From Candidatus Omnitrophota bacterium (GTDB lineage Bacteria; Omnitrophota; Gorgyraeia; Gygaellales; Profunditerraquicolaceae): a stretch of DNA of 64,000 nt. The position numbers and the translations under genes were made by a program. Below the pieces are notes generated by a model that was not told where the DNA came from, made no database searches, and saw only the letters and a list, made by a program, of their open reading frames with translations. Positions 19,169-27,937 of this stretch are shown here, one piece after another (positions within the stretch are counted from its first letter, which is position 1; every line of letters begins with the position of its first letter). The stretch is from contig JBEKSD010000002.1 in NCBI GenBank assembly GCA_049517335.1, positions 78,523 to 142,522 on the forward strand, read 5' to 3'.

Positions 19169-20734
19169 ATGCTATATCTTGCTTTCATCTTCCACATGCA
19201 CCAGCCATACTATAAGGATCTCCTCACCCAAGAGGCAGAGCTTCCGTGGGTGCGGCTGCACGGGGTCAAGGATTACCTTGATATGGTGCAAATCTTGGGG
19301 CAATTCCCGAAAATTAAACAGAACTTTAACCTTGTCCCGTCACTACTGGAACAAATTGAAGGCTACGCAAACGACACTTTAAAAGATAAATTCCTTCAAT
19401 TATCCTCTAAGCCCACAAATGAGCTCAGTTCTTCCGATCAACAATTCATACTTGATAATTTCTTTTCTATAAATATAGAGAAAGTCATCGCAACGCACCC
19501 GCGGTATTATGCTCTCTATTTTAAGCGCCTTAATAAAGAACAATTTACTGAACAGAACTTTTTAGACCTGCAGGTTTGGTTTAATTTAGCCTGGATTGAC
19601 CCCTCATTTAGAAATGAGATAGCTGAATTAAAGAAACTTATACGCAAGGCCCGTTTTTTTAGCGAAGAAGACAAGCAGGTTGTTTTAAGCAAACAGGCTG
19701 AAATCCTACAAAATATAATCCCTGTGTATAAAAAATTTATGCAGTCAAAACAGGTTGAATTCACGGTAACGCCTTATTACCACCCCATTCTGCCGCTTCT
19801 CTATAATACAAACATAGCAAAGGAAGCTAACAGCAAAACCATCCTGCCAAAAGTTAAATTTTCTTATCCGCAGGACGCAGAAACCCAGATAAATTTAGCG
19901 GTTGATTACTTCAAAGCAAAATTCGGCTCAGCACCAGTTGGTATGTGGCCATCTGAACAGGCGATAAGCGAACACATATTGCCTTACATAATTAAATCCG
20001 GAATAAAATGGATTGTCTTGGATGAAGCGATATTATTTAAGTCCCTAAGAAGAAAAAAGAGGGATACTAACCTGCTTTACCAGCCGCATTTTATAAAGAG
20101 AGAGGAAGGTGAGCTTTCAATAGTATTCCGCGACAGGAATTTATCAGATTTAATCGGATTTGTATACCATAAGTGGACAGCGGAAAACGCAGTTTCAGAT
20201 TTTATCAGGCACCTTGAGGAGATTGCCTCAAGTTTTAAAGACAGGGATATTTTGGTAACTATTGCTATGGACGGGGAAAACGCGTGGGAATATTATTCAA
20301 ATGACGGGCATGATTTCCTTCAGCTGCTTTATCAGAGGCTTTCGGAATCAAAGATGATTCAAACAACAACGGTAAGCGAATATTTGAATCTTAAGCCTAC
20401 TGCATTAAAAATTGACAGGCTTGCCGCCGGCTCATGGATTTTTGGGGAATTCGGAAAATGGATAGGCAATCCGAAAAAGGCGAAAGCGTGGGAATACCTT
20501 GCTAAAGCCAGGCAAGAGCTAGAAGAAATCAGAACAGGAATTAATTCCAGCTCCGCCAATATAAACTTCGAACTTGCATGGAAACAAATGTATATTTTAG
20601 AGGGGAGCGACTGGTTCTGGTGGTTTGGCGAGGATCCCGATGGCAGTTTTGACCGCCTTTTCCGCAGGCATTTAACAAACTTCTATAATATAATAGGTAA
20701 GGAAGCCCCAGAATATACAACTCGCCCCTTATAA
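19169..20734 (+). CDS. Glycoside hydrolase family 57 protein (alpha-glucan branching/amylase-type)
   Basis: 521 aa; N-terminal FHMHQPYY GH57 signature; internal GEF(G)KWIG and WFWWFGED-like motifs. Confidence 0.75.
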   Translation: MLYLAFIFHMHQPYYKDLLTQEAELPWVRLHGVKDYLDMVQILGQFPKIKQNFNLVPSLLEQIEGYANDTLKDKFLQLSSKPTNELSSSDQQFILDNFFSINIEKVIATHPRYYALYFKRLNKEQFTEQNFLDLQVWFNLAWIDPSFRNEIAELKKLIRKARFFSEEDKQVVLSKQAEILQNIIPVYKKFMQSKQVEFTVTPYYHPILPLLYNTNIAKEANSKTILPKVKFSYPQDAETQINLAVDYFKAKFGSAPVGMWPSEQAISEHILPYIIKSGIKWIVLDEAILFKSLRRKKRDTNLLYQPHFIKREEGELSIVFRDRNLSDLIGFVYHKWTAENAVSDFIRHLEEIASSFKDRDILVTIAMDGENAWEYYSNDGHDFLQLLYQRLSESKMIQTTTVSEYLNLKPTALKIDRLAAGSWIFGEFGKWIGNPKKAKAWEYLAKARQELEEIRTGINSSSANINFELAWKQMYILEGSDWFWWFGEDPDGSFDRLFRRHLTNFYNIIGKEAPEYTTRPL

Positions 20735-20781
20735 CAGTAAACTATTGACAGACAATGAGTTTTATGCTATAAAAAGCCGAT

Positions 20782-21345
20782 ATGGATAAGAAGGATATTT
20801 ACGAGCATCTGGCTAAAATATATCTTGATGCTTCGTCCACAAAAAAGAAGAAAAATAAAGTTTACTCCAAAATATTCAAAAATCTTTTCTTAATCAGCCT
20901 TGTGTGTGTTTTTGGATTATCCACCGTTTTGCTTTCAAATTTACGCAGGCCTAAGATAAATAATTCTGAAGTTGCCCTCATCTTGGCTCCTGAAGCCTTA
21001 AAAATCAACTTTAATTTTGACCCCGCTAAAAAAGAAACTCTTACCCTTGATTTAAACCGACTTAATTTAAACAATTACAAAAGAATCGCCTTTTCGGTAA
21101 AGAAACTGGATATTTCCAACACAATCGCTTTAAGGGTTGAATTTATAAGCGCGTATAAAGAAAGATCGGAAGTTTACCTGAAAAATATCCCTAGCAAATG
21201 GCAGGATTATACGTTTAATCTTTCTGATTTTAAGAATATAACTGATTGGTCGGAAACAAAAAATTTATCTTTTACGGTTGAAGAATGGAATACGAAAGAG
21301 AATAAAGGAATAGTTTATATAGATAACGTTAGAGTATTAAAATAG
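20782..21345 (+). CDS. hypothetical single-pass membrane protein with a CBM/CIA30-like beta-sandwich domain
   Basis: 187 aa; basic N-terminus, TM helix, C-terminal pattern ending IVYIDNVRVLK typical of carbohydrate-binding modules. Confidence 0.4.
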   Translation: MDKKDIYEHLAKIYLDASSTKKKKNKVYSKIFKNLFLISLVCVFGLSTVLLSNLRRPKINNSEVALILAPEALKINFNFDPAKKETLTLDLNRLNLNNYKRIAFSVKKLDISNTIALRVEFISAYKERSEVYLKNIPSKWQDYTFNLSDFKNITDWSETKNLSFTVEEWNTKENKGIVYIDNVRVLK

Positions 21346-21358
21346 AGAGGAGTGTTAG

Positions 21359-22495
21359 ATGCGTATAATCTGCGTCACCAATCAAAAGGGCGGGTGCGGT
21401 AAAACCACGACAGCGATTAATCTGGCTGCGTCTTTATCCTTAAATGACAGGAAAGTATTGCTAATTGACCTTGACCCGCAGGCGCACGCTACTTTAGGCC
21501 TGAATATAAAAGCAGACTTAAGCATCTATAACGTCTTATCCAAAATTACCAGTAAGAAAGCTCAGCTGGAAGAAATCATTAAAAACGTAAACCCTAATTT
21601 TGACATAGCGCCTTCTGGCATGATTTTGAGCACCTTAGAACAGGAGTTGGCAGGAGAAATCGGAAGGGAATCGTGCCTAAACGATACCATTAACAATTTT
21701 AAGGGCTCTTACGATTACCTGATAATTGATTCGCCCCCCAATCTGGGGATTTTGACGGTTAACGCCATACGCGCCTCAAGCGAGGTAATCATCCCGGTTG
21801 AAGCAAGCCGTTTTTCCCTGGAAGGAGTGTCCCAGCTTTTAAGTATTATTGAATTGATTAAAGACCGCCTGAACCATAAGGTCAGGCAGCGGGTTTTAGT
21901 CGCTAATTTTGATTCGCGCCTAAGGCATTCGTTTGAAATGCTGAATAAGATAAAAGCTGATTTTAAGGATATATTGTTCAGCAATATTGTGCACGTAAAC
22001 GTAAAACTGAAAGAAGCGCAAAATTCGGGGACGCATATTTTCAATTTTGACAAGTATTGCCGGGGCGCCAAAGATTATTTCAGCCTGAGCCGGGAAATTA
22101 TCACCGCGGAAACCGAAGTTCCTGAAAAATTCCCCACGGAGCTTAAGGATATTGTAAAAAGATTCACCGAGAAAAAAATGGCTAAGGTGGAAAAACGCCT
22201 TAACGAGATATTAAAGGAGGAACTGCCTAAGCTTAATGAAGTGGTGTTTTCAGTATCCGCACCGGCCGCAAAAGAGGTATTCCTTGTTGGTGAATTCAAT
22301 AATTGGAAGGCGGATGAATCCGGGAAGATGAATAATGTTGACGGGACCTGGATAAAAAGCCTCATGCTTCATCCGGGGAAATACCGTTACCGCTTTATCA
22401 TTGACGGCTCCTGGACAGAGGATGAAAAGAACCCGCTTAAAGAAAGCAACCCTTTCGGTACGCTTGACTCATTTGTTGAGGTAGAAAAAGCATGA
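21359..22495 (+). CDS. ParA/MinD-family ATPase fused to a C-terminal AMPK-beta/CBM48 glycogen-binding domain
   Basis: 378 aa; deviant Walker A NQKGGCGKTTTAINLA, LIDLDPQA, IIDSPP; C-terminal 90 aa VFLVGEFNNWKADESGKM...GKYRYRFIIDGSWTEDEKNP align with the AMPK beta GBD/CBM48. Confidence 0.75.
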   Translation: MRIICVTNQKGGCGKTTTAINLAASLSLNDRKVLLIDLDPQAHATLGLNIKADLSIYNVLSKITSKKAQLEEIIKNVNPNFDIAPSGMILSTLEQELAGEIGRESCLNDTINNFKGSYDYLIIDSPPNLGILTVNAIRASSEVIIPVEASRFSLEGVSQLLSIIELIKDRLNHKVRQRVLVANFDSRLRHSFEMLNKIKADFKDILFSNIVHVNVKLKEAQNSGTHIFNFDKYCRGAKDYFSLSREIITAETEVPEKFPTELKDIVKRFTEKKMAKVEKRLNEILKEELPKLNEVVFSVSAPAAKEVFLVGEFNNWKADESGKMNNVDGTWIKSLMLHPGKYRYRFIIDGSWTEDEKNPLKESNPFGTLDSFVEVEKA

Positions 22496-22818
22496 ACGCT
22501 GGAAGAGAAGAAAAAGAGATACAGGAGGGAAAGTTTTTTGCCATAATTTCGTATTTAAGCTTCCTGTGTATAATTAGCCTTGTCTTAAAAAAAGACAACA
22601 AATTTTCCCTTTATCATGCCAAGCAGGGCCTTGTGCTCTTTGTTTTTGAAGTCGGCTCTTTCATATTAACCATTATCCCTATTTTGGGAGGCGTAGTGAG
22701 GGTACTCAGCCTGATAATTTTTATCCTTGCTTCCCTTTGGTGTATCTTGCAGGTTTTAATGGGCAATTACAACCGTCTGCCCGTAATCTCAGAGATAGCG
22801 GATAATATTACAATTTAA
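22492..22818 (+). CDS. small membrane protein (DUF4870-like)
   Basis: 108 aa; two TM helices and YHAKQGL motif; 4-nt overlap with the parA-like gene. Confidence 0.5.
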   Translation: MNAGREEKEIQEGKFFAIISYLSFLCIISLVLKKDNKFSLYHAKQGLVLFVFEVGSFILTIIPILGGVVRVLSLIIFILASLWCILQVLMGNYNRLPVISEIADNITI

Positions 22819-22829
22819 GGAGGTGGGAT

Positions 22830-23201
22830 ATGCCTTCAAAAAAGAAAACAATAGGAAAAAAAACGGTAAAGAAAAAGGCAGTAAAGAGGAAACCGGCTGG
22901 GAAAAAAACAGGTAAGAAAACGGTTAGGAAAGTGCCTGTTGTAAAAAAACCGAAAAAAGAACCCATCATAGGTAAAGTAACGCATTATTTCCCGCACGTA
23001 CGCGCGGCTGTAATCAAATTAAAGGCGCCCTTGGCAGTAGGAGATACCGTAAAAATTAAAGGCCACACAACGGATTTTAACCAGAGAGTCTCATCCTTAC
23101 AGATAGACCGCACGCCAATAACCGAAGCAAAAAAAGGACAGGAGATCGGCCTTCTTGTGGATTCACGGGTAAGGCAACATGATGTGGTAATCAAAATTTA
23201 A
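22830..23201 (+). CDS. Lys-rich N-terminal tail plus EF-Tu-domain-2-like beta-barrel protein
   Basis: 123 aa; the first roughly 45 aa are K-rich GKKTV(K/R)K repeats; C-terminus VGDTVKIKG...EIGLLVD resembles a translation-factor beta-barrel domain. Confidence 0.45.
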   Translation: MPSKKKTIGKKTVKKKAVKRKPAGKKTGKKTVRKVPVVKKPKKEPIIGKVTHYFPHVRAAVIKLKAPLAVGDTVKIKGHTTDFNQRVSSLQIDRTPITEAKKGQEIGLLVDSRVRQHDVVIKI

Positions 23202-23222
23202 ACAACAGGAGGGGAGTCAGCT

Positions 23223-23405
23223 ATGAGGCTTTTGGCAATTGAAAAGAAAGCGAAGGATTTAGGTATCACTGATACCTGGAAATACTCCAAGAGTGACTTA
23301 ATTAAGCTTATCCAGAAGAAAGAAGGCAATCAGGAGTGTTTTGCCACAAAATCGCGTTCAAAATGCAACCAGTTTATTTGCTGCTGGAGGGCTGACTGCA
23401 CATGA
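23223..23405 (+). CDS. small protein with Rho_N/SAP-like N-terminus and C-terminal Cys cluster
   Basis: 60 aa; LLAIEKKAKDLGITDTWKYSKSDLIKLI then C-x7-C-x4-CC-x4-C. Confidence 0.35.
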   Translation: MRLLAIEKKAKDLGITDTWKYSKSDLIKLIQKKEGNQECFATKSRSKCNQFICCWRADCT

Positions 23406-23587
23406 AATATCGCTGCCAGATCTGTGACAGGGATATTGACGATTATGTCAGCATTGCCCATATAAAGGCCGAAGAATATCTTATTGATCTTATTCAAAAA
23501 GACCATCCGGAATGGCACGAAAGCAAGAAAACCTGCCATAAATGTATCGAATATTACCGAAAATTAGTTAAAGAAAACGAAATTTAG
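23402..23587 (+). CDS. small zinc-ribbon protein
   Basis: 61 aa; CxxC ... CxxC; ATGA overlap with the preceding small ORF. Confidence 0.4.
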   Translation: MKYRCQICDRDIDDYVSIAHIKAEEYLIDLIQKDHPEWHESKKTCHKCIEYYRKLVKENEI

Positions 23588-23592
23588 ACAAT

Positions 23593-23628
23593 AAACCGGG
23601 GTCGGAATTAATTCCGACCCCGGTTTTT
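23593..23628. terminator. Perfect 28-bp palindrome flanked by A3/T5 (bidirectional terminator-like); founding copy of a palindromic element family
   Basis: AAACCGGGGTCGGAATTAATTCCGACCCCGGTTTTT immediately after a stop codon. Confidence 0.65.
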
Positions 23629-23696
23629 AACCTTATTTCTGAGTATATACTCATATTAACCCCAGCGTTAAAAGTAAGTAAGTTCGAGTAAAGTAA

Positions 23697-24035
23697 ATGC
23701 AGTTACAAGGAAGGCCCAAAAAATATAGGATTGTGCGCACAGACCCCAAAATTAGCCAATTTAGCCCAAGGGGCCGTCCAGGAAGGCCTAATGAAGCGGA
23801 TCTCACTATGGATGAGTACGAAGCCATACGGCTTTCAGATTATATGGGATTATCCCAGAAAGAAGCCAGCCAATCAATGCACATATCCCAGCAAACTTTC
23901 AGCAGAATCCTGAAAAAGGCCCGGAAAACAATAGCAAAAGGGCTGATTGACGGAGCAACTATAAAGATTCAGGGCGGCCAGTACGTAGTTACATCCCACA
24001 AAGATTTCCAACCAAATTCCTACAAAAAACTCTAA
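23697..24035 (+). CDS. DUF134/UPF0251 family putative DNA-binding protein
   Basis: 112 aa; N-terminal GRPKKYR...RGRPGRP and an HTH-like segment. Confidence 0.6.
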   Translation: MQLQGRPKKYRIVRTDPKISQFSPRGRPGRPNEADLTMDEYEAIRLSDYMGLSQKEASQSMHISQQTFSRILKKARKTIAKGLIDGATIKIQGGQYVVTSHKDFQPNSYKKL

Positions 24036-24346
24036 AATTCCGGTAAATACAAGTAAACAACTATAGACGCTGAGCCTCAAAAGCGGTCGACTTGGTACCA
24101 AAATCGCTATTTGCTCAACTTCCTATAATATACATTATGTTAACTTGATGATATTGAGAAAATTACCTTATCTTATTCTATCCCAATAGGTTATATTATA
24201 TTGTTTTTATGCTGTGGATAAGTCAAAAACCGTTTCCTTAAACTTACTTCTTTTTTAAAAGGTTGATATTCCGGTGGGATTACTTTCATTTTCCTATAAG
24301 GTTTTTTTGCGTTTAATCGCTTATTTCATCTTGCGGGTAAAACTGA

Positions 24347-24670
24347 CTATGGCAGGATAGATTGAGTTTTCTCCAAAGCGGTCGCGTTAATCCGGTCTAC
24401 GGCTTTCAATAAGCCCTCCCTCCGTTTTTGCTCAAAAAACAAGACAGGGTAGCTTTCTCGGCAAAGCTCCCACTCCCAGAGCCCTGATTTCAGGGGTTCT
24501 AGGGCCTGTTTTAGCCAGTATTTTAAGGGATCTCTGGAAATCCCTATAACTTCATTGATTGCATGAGTCGAAGTTTTCTGAGCTGAAAAACTGCCTATTT
24601 CCGGGCCATTTAGCCAAAGATGAATGGTAAAACTAAGGAGATTTTGCTCCCTGAGCTGCCTGGTAACCAT
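24347..24670 (-). CDS. orphan hypothetical ORF (possibly a gene fragment)
   Basis: 107 aa; no recognisable motif; followed by about 310 nt of AT-rich non-coding DNA. Confidence 0.25.
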   Translation of the reverse strand: MVTRQLREQNLLSFTIHLWLNGPEIGSFSAQKTSTHAINEVIGISRDPLKYWLKQALEPLKSGLWEWELCRESYPVLFFEQKRREGLLKAVDRINATALEKTQSILP

Positions 24671-24803
24671 AACCTATCCAGGCTCTTATAAATTGGGGGT
24701 TTCTGGAACCACTAGGAAAGGTATACGAGTGGCCAATTGACTTGGGTAAACCGGGGTCAGAGTCTAAGGGTTCTAACTCTAATTAATGCGTAAAATCATT
24801 TGA

Positions 24804-26522
24804 TTATTTTGGGAGTTTTTTTAAGCTATATAAAGCTGCCTGATTTGCGGGATCTATTGTTAATGTTTTCTGCCACATCTTTCTTGCTTCATCATAATTA
24901 TTCATTTTAGCATAAGTAATCCCAAGCCCGTTATATGCCTCAGGGTATTCTTTATTTAATTCTACGGCTTTTTCGTAATACCTAATCGCATCTATATATC
25001 TTCCGTTTTGCCCTACAGCGCTGGCTAAATTATTCCATGCCCTATAAAAATTAGGGTCTAAATCCAAAGCTGCCTTAAACTCCTCAATGGCTTCTGCGGT
25101 CATCCTTTTATTGAAATAACATTTACCCAATTCATTATGGTCTTCCGCATAATTCTTATCTAAACTTACCGCGATTTTATACTCTTTAATCGCTTCATCC
25201 AATAAACCTCTTTCAACATAAAAAGCGGCTAAGGTACTATGAGGCAGGGAATTGGTAGGATATTTATCTACCATATTCATCCAAAAAATAATATTGTTTT
25301 TATAGTAGAAATTACCCGTGAACGTAAAAATAGCATAAAAAATAATAATAGCTATTGCTATATTCTTAGAAAACTTCGAAATTAGCAACGCAAGGATCAA
25401 ACAAAAACCTACTGCCGGTAAATATAAATAACGGGGGGCAATGTAATTTGATAACGGGTATATTATGTTAGAAACTGGAATAAGACAGGCAAAGAACCAA
25501 AATACCCCAAATGCAACCAAAGGAAGCTTCTTATGCAATTTAAACGTAGTAAAAACAATTGATATTATCAATAAAACCGAAATTATAACTTTCAGGTTAA
25601 GTAACGAGTATGAAATTAAACCTGGATCATCCGGCAACGTAGAATGAATATTAACGGGAAAGAACATCCATTGAACATATCTGGCCAAAACCCTTAGCAT
25701 GGTAAGAATATTTGTATATAAATTCCTCATTGGGTATGTAATTAACGGATTATCAATGCTAGCCATTACAAAAAACCTGATAAAAATATAAAAAATCAAA
25801 ACGCCTAAATACCCCAAATAATACCTTTTAAAATGAGAAATAACGTCTTTGGGCCTTTTATTCAACAAATAATCGTAACCTAATAAAAGAATAGGGAAGG
25901 TAACAGACATTTCTTTAGAAAATAATGCCAAACAAAAAGAGACTAAAGAAGAGAAGTAAAACAACGCCCTCCTCCCTGCCTCCTCCCCCCTGCTTTTTAT
26001 ATAAAAAATAAAGGCTAAAATATAAAACAAGAAAGCAAGCAGATCCTTCCTAAAAGAAATACAGTTTACTGCTTCTACATTTACAGGATGAAGAGCAAAA
26101 AACAAAGATGCCAATATGGCTACTACCTCATTTCCTACTATTAAGTTTATAAACATGAAAAGAAGCAACGCATTCAACATGTGCAGGATAAGGTTTGTAA
26201 AGTGGTACCCGAAAGGGTTCAGCTTCCAAAAAGAATAATCTAGGAAATAAGTAAAAGTCCCTATCGGTCTGTATGTAAACTCTCCGGAACCTGTATCCTT
26301 TTTTCCAAGATAATCCAAATCCGAAACTTTAGTCAGGTAACTTCTGTTAAAAAGACGGGGGAAATTATTCCAGGATTTGACAAAATCATTATTCACTATA
26401 ACTGTAGAATCATCCCATATAAATGAATTTTGGAGGGAATTAGAATAAGCTAATGCCGTAAAAAACACTATGAATATAATAACCCATTTATTACCGCGTA
26501 AAATTGTATCTTTCGATATCAT
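24804..26522 (-). CDS. multi-pass membrane protein with C-terminal TPR repeats (DUF1736/PMT-like glycosyltransferase architecture)
   Basis: 572 aa; more than 8 TM helices, then 4-5 TPR units (AEAIEEFKAALDLDP, YDEARKMWQKTLTIDP). Confidence 0.6.
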   Translation of the reverse strand: MISKDTILRGNKWVIIFIVFFTALAYSNSLQNSFIWDDSTVIVNNDFVKSWNNFPRLFNRSYLTKVSDLDYLGKKDTGSGEFTYRPIGTFTYFLDYSFWKLNPFGYHFTNLILHMLNALLLFMFINLIVGNEVVAILASLFFALHPVNVEAVNCISFRKDLLAFLFYILAFIFYIKSRGEEAGRRALFYFSSLVSFCLALFSKEMSVTFPILLLGYDYLLNKRPKDVISHFKRYYLGYLGVLIFYIFIRFFVMASIDNPLITYPMRNLYTNILTMLRVLARYVQWMFFPVNIHSTLPDDPGLISYSLLNLKVIISVLLIISIVFTTFKLHKKLPLVAFGVFWFFACLIPVSNIIYPLSNYIAPRYLYLPAVGFCLILALLISKFSKNIAIAIIIFYAIFTFTGNFYYKNNIIFWMNMVDKYPTNSLPHSTLAAFYVERGLLDEAIKEYKIAVSLDKNYAEDHNELGKCYFNKRMTAEAIEEFKAALDLDPNFYRAWNNLASAVGQNGRYIDAIRYYEKAVELNKEYPEAYNGLGITYAKMNNYDEARKMWQKTLTIDPANQAALYSLKKLPK

Positions 26523-26554
26523 ATTTTAAGCCTATTCTTTACAGTATAATTATT

Positions 26555-27763
26555 TTATAAGGATTCAACGATGGCATTATAAACCGTTTCCGGCTTAATT
26601 GTTTTAAGGCACTTATTATCGCTGCAATCAGAATTTCTATGGTTTTGGGCTGATAAGCAGGGTGAACATGGCCAATTTGAGTAAATTATGCGGCTATTCT
26701 TACCTATGGGCCCGAAAACCTGCGGGCTTTCTGGTCCAAAAAGAATAAATTTCTTGATCACAGTAAGCATTGCTAAATGCACCAGTCCGCAGTCATTTGA
26801 AATCAGAACTTCTGAAATAAGGAATAATTCCATAAGTTCTTCTAGTGAAGTTTTTCTGGTAAAATCTATACACCGGGAATTACTGATAGCTCCGCGCATT
26901 AACCCGCTCTTTTTAGTGGCACCTTCGGTTCCTATGATAAGTATATAGTTCCTGCTATCTTGTAATAATAAATTAACAAGTGAAATAAAATTCTCCAACG
27001 GCCACTCCCTTAAAGGCAATACGCCTTCACCGGGATTAATAAGGAATATCCTGCGTTTGCTACCGATACCAGCATCTTTTAATTTCTTTTCTATGCTTTC
27101 TTTAATCTTAACCTTTGAGGCGTATTCCGGGAATACTAATTCTTCTTCAATTATTGCCGAATCTAATTGCGGATGATCTTTGGAGCTCGCTGAAACCGCT
27201 TGGGCAAAAGAAAGATAGGTTTTACTTACATGATTTGAAGGGTTATATTGAATTTTATGTGTGAGGAGGCTGCCTCTATATAACCCTTCAAAAGTATAAT
27301 GATGCAATCCTACTCTCTTTTTAGATCCGGACAGATAAGAAATTATTGCAGAAAAACGCGAAAAGAACTCCAAATCGAAAATAATATCTACGCCTTTTCT
27401 TCTTAATTGCCAGATTATTTTCAATGTATCCAAGACAAAAGTCAGAGGCGTTGTTTCGTCTATCGTAAGGATGTTACTATCCGGTATTATATTTCCGAGT
27501 AATTTAAAAATATCCTTATTTTTATTAAATGTTACAAAAAATACTTCGGCTAAAGGGTATTCTCTTTTTATATGGTTTAAAAGCGGATAGGATAAAATAA
27601 CTGTGCCTAATTCTGGTAGCTTTATAAAGGCTATTTTCTCAGGCGGTTTGTTTATTTTATTTTTTATGCGCAGTATTTTAGAAATATAAACCAGGATACT
27701 TAATAAAAAACATAAGGGTATTCCCAGCCAATAATCTATTTTTCTTGCCTTATCTATGTCCAT
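26555..27763 (-). CDS. Glycosyltransferase family 9 (heptosyltransferase-like)
   Basis: 402 aa; GT9 two-domain layout; C-terminal ...ISNDCGLVHLA... core. Confidence 0.7.
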   Translation of the reverse strand: MDIDKARKIDYWLGIPLCFLLSILVYISKILRIKNKINKPPEKIAFIKLPELGTVILSYPLLNHIKREYPLAEVFFVTFNKNKDIFKLLGNIIPDSNILTIDETTPLTFVLDTLKIIWQLRRKGVDIIFDLEFFSRFSAIISYLSGSKKRVGLHHYTFEGLYRGSLLTHKIQYNPSNHVSKTYLSFAQAVSASSKDHPQLDSAIIEEELVFPEYASKVKIKESIEKKLKDAGIGSKRRIFLINPGEGVLPLREWPLENFISLVNLLLQDSRNYILIIGTEGATKKSGLMRGAISNSRCIDFTRKTSLEELMELFLISEVLISNDCGLVHLAMLTVIKKFILFGPESPQVFGPIGKNSRIIYSNWPCSPCLSAQNHRNSDCSDNKCLKTIKPETVYNAIVESL

Positions 27764-27937
27764 ATTGACTTTAATTATATCACAGATTCGGCAAATACGC
27801 GCCCTAACTTATTATCTTATCTAGCTGCCACCTGAGGCTGGTATTATTAAACGATATTTGATAAATGTTTACGCCGGTATCTATGGAAAAATAATATACA
27901 GATTCCTGACCCCGGTTTAAAGATTTTCCTTTTGAAG

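Noticed and set aside
20782-24800. Prophage, integron or genomic island carrying the ParA-like gene (the plasmid-partition interpretation)
   Set aside because: No integrase, transposase, parB/parS-like centromere repeats, phage structural genes or flanking direct repeats were seen; the ParA C-terminus is a glucan-binding domain rather than a DNA-segregation adaptor.
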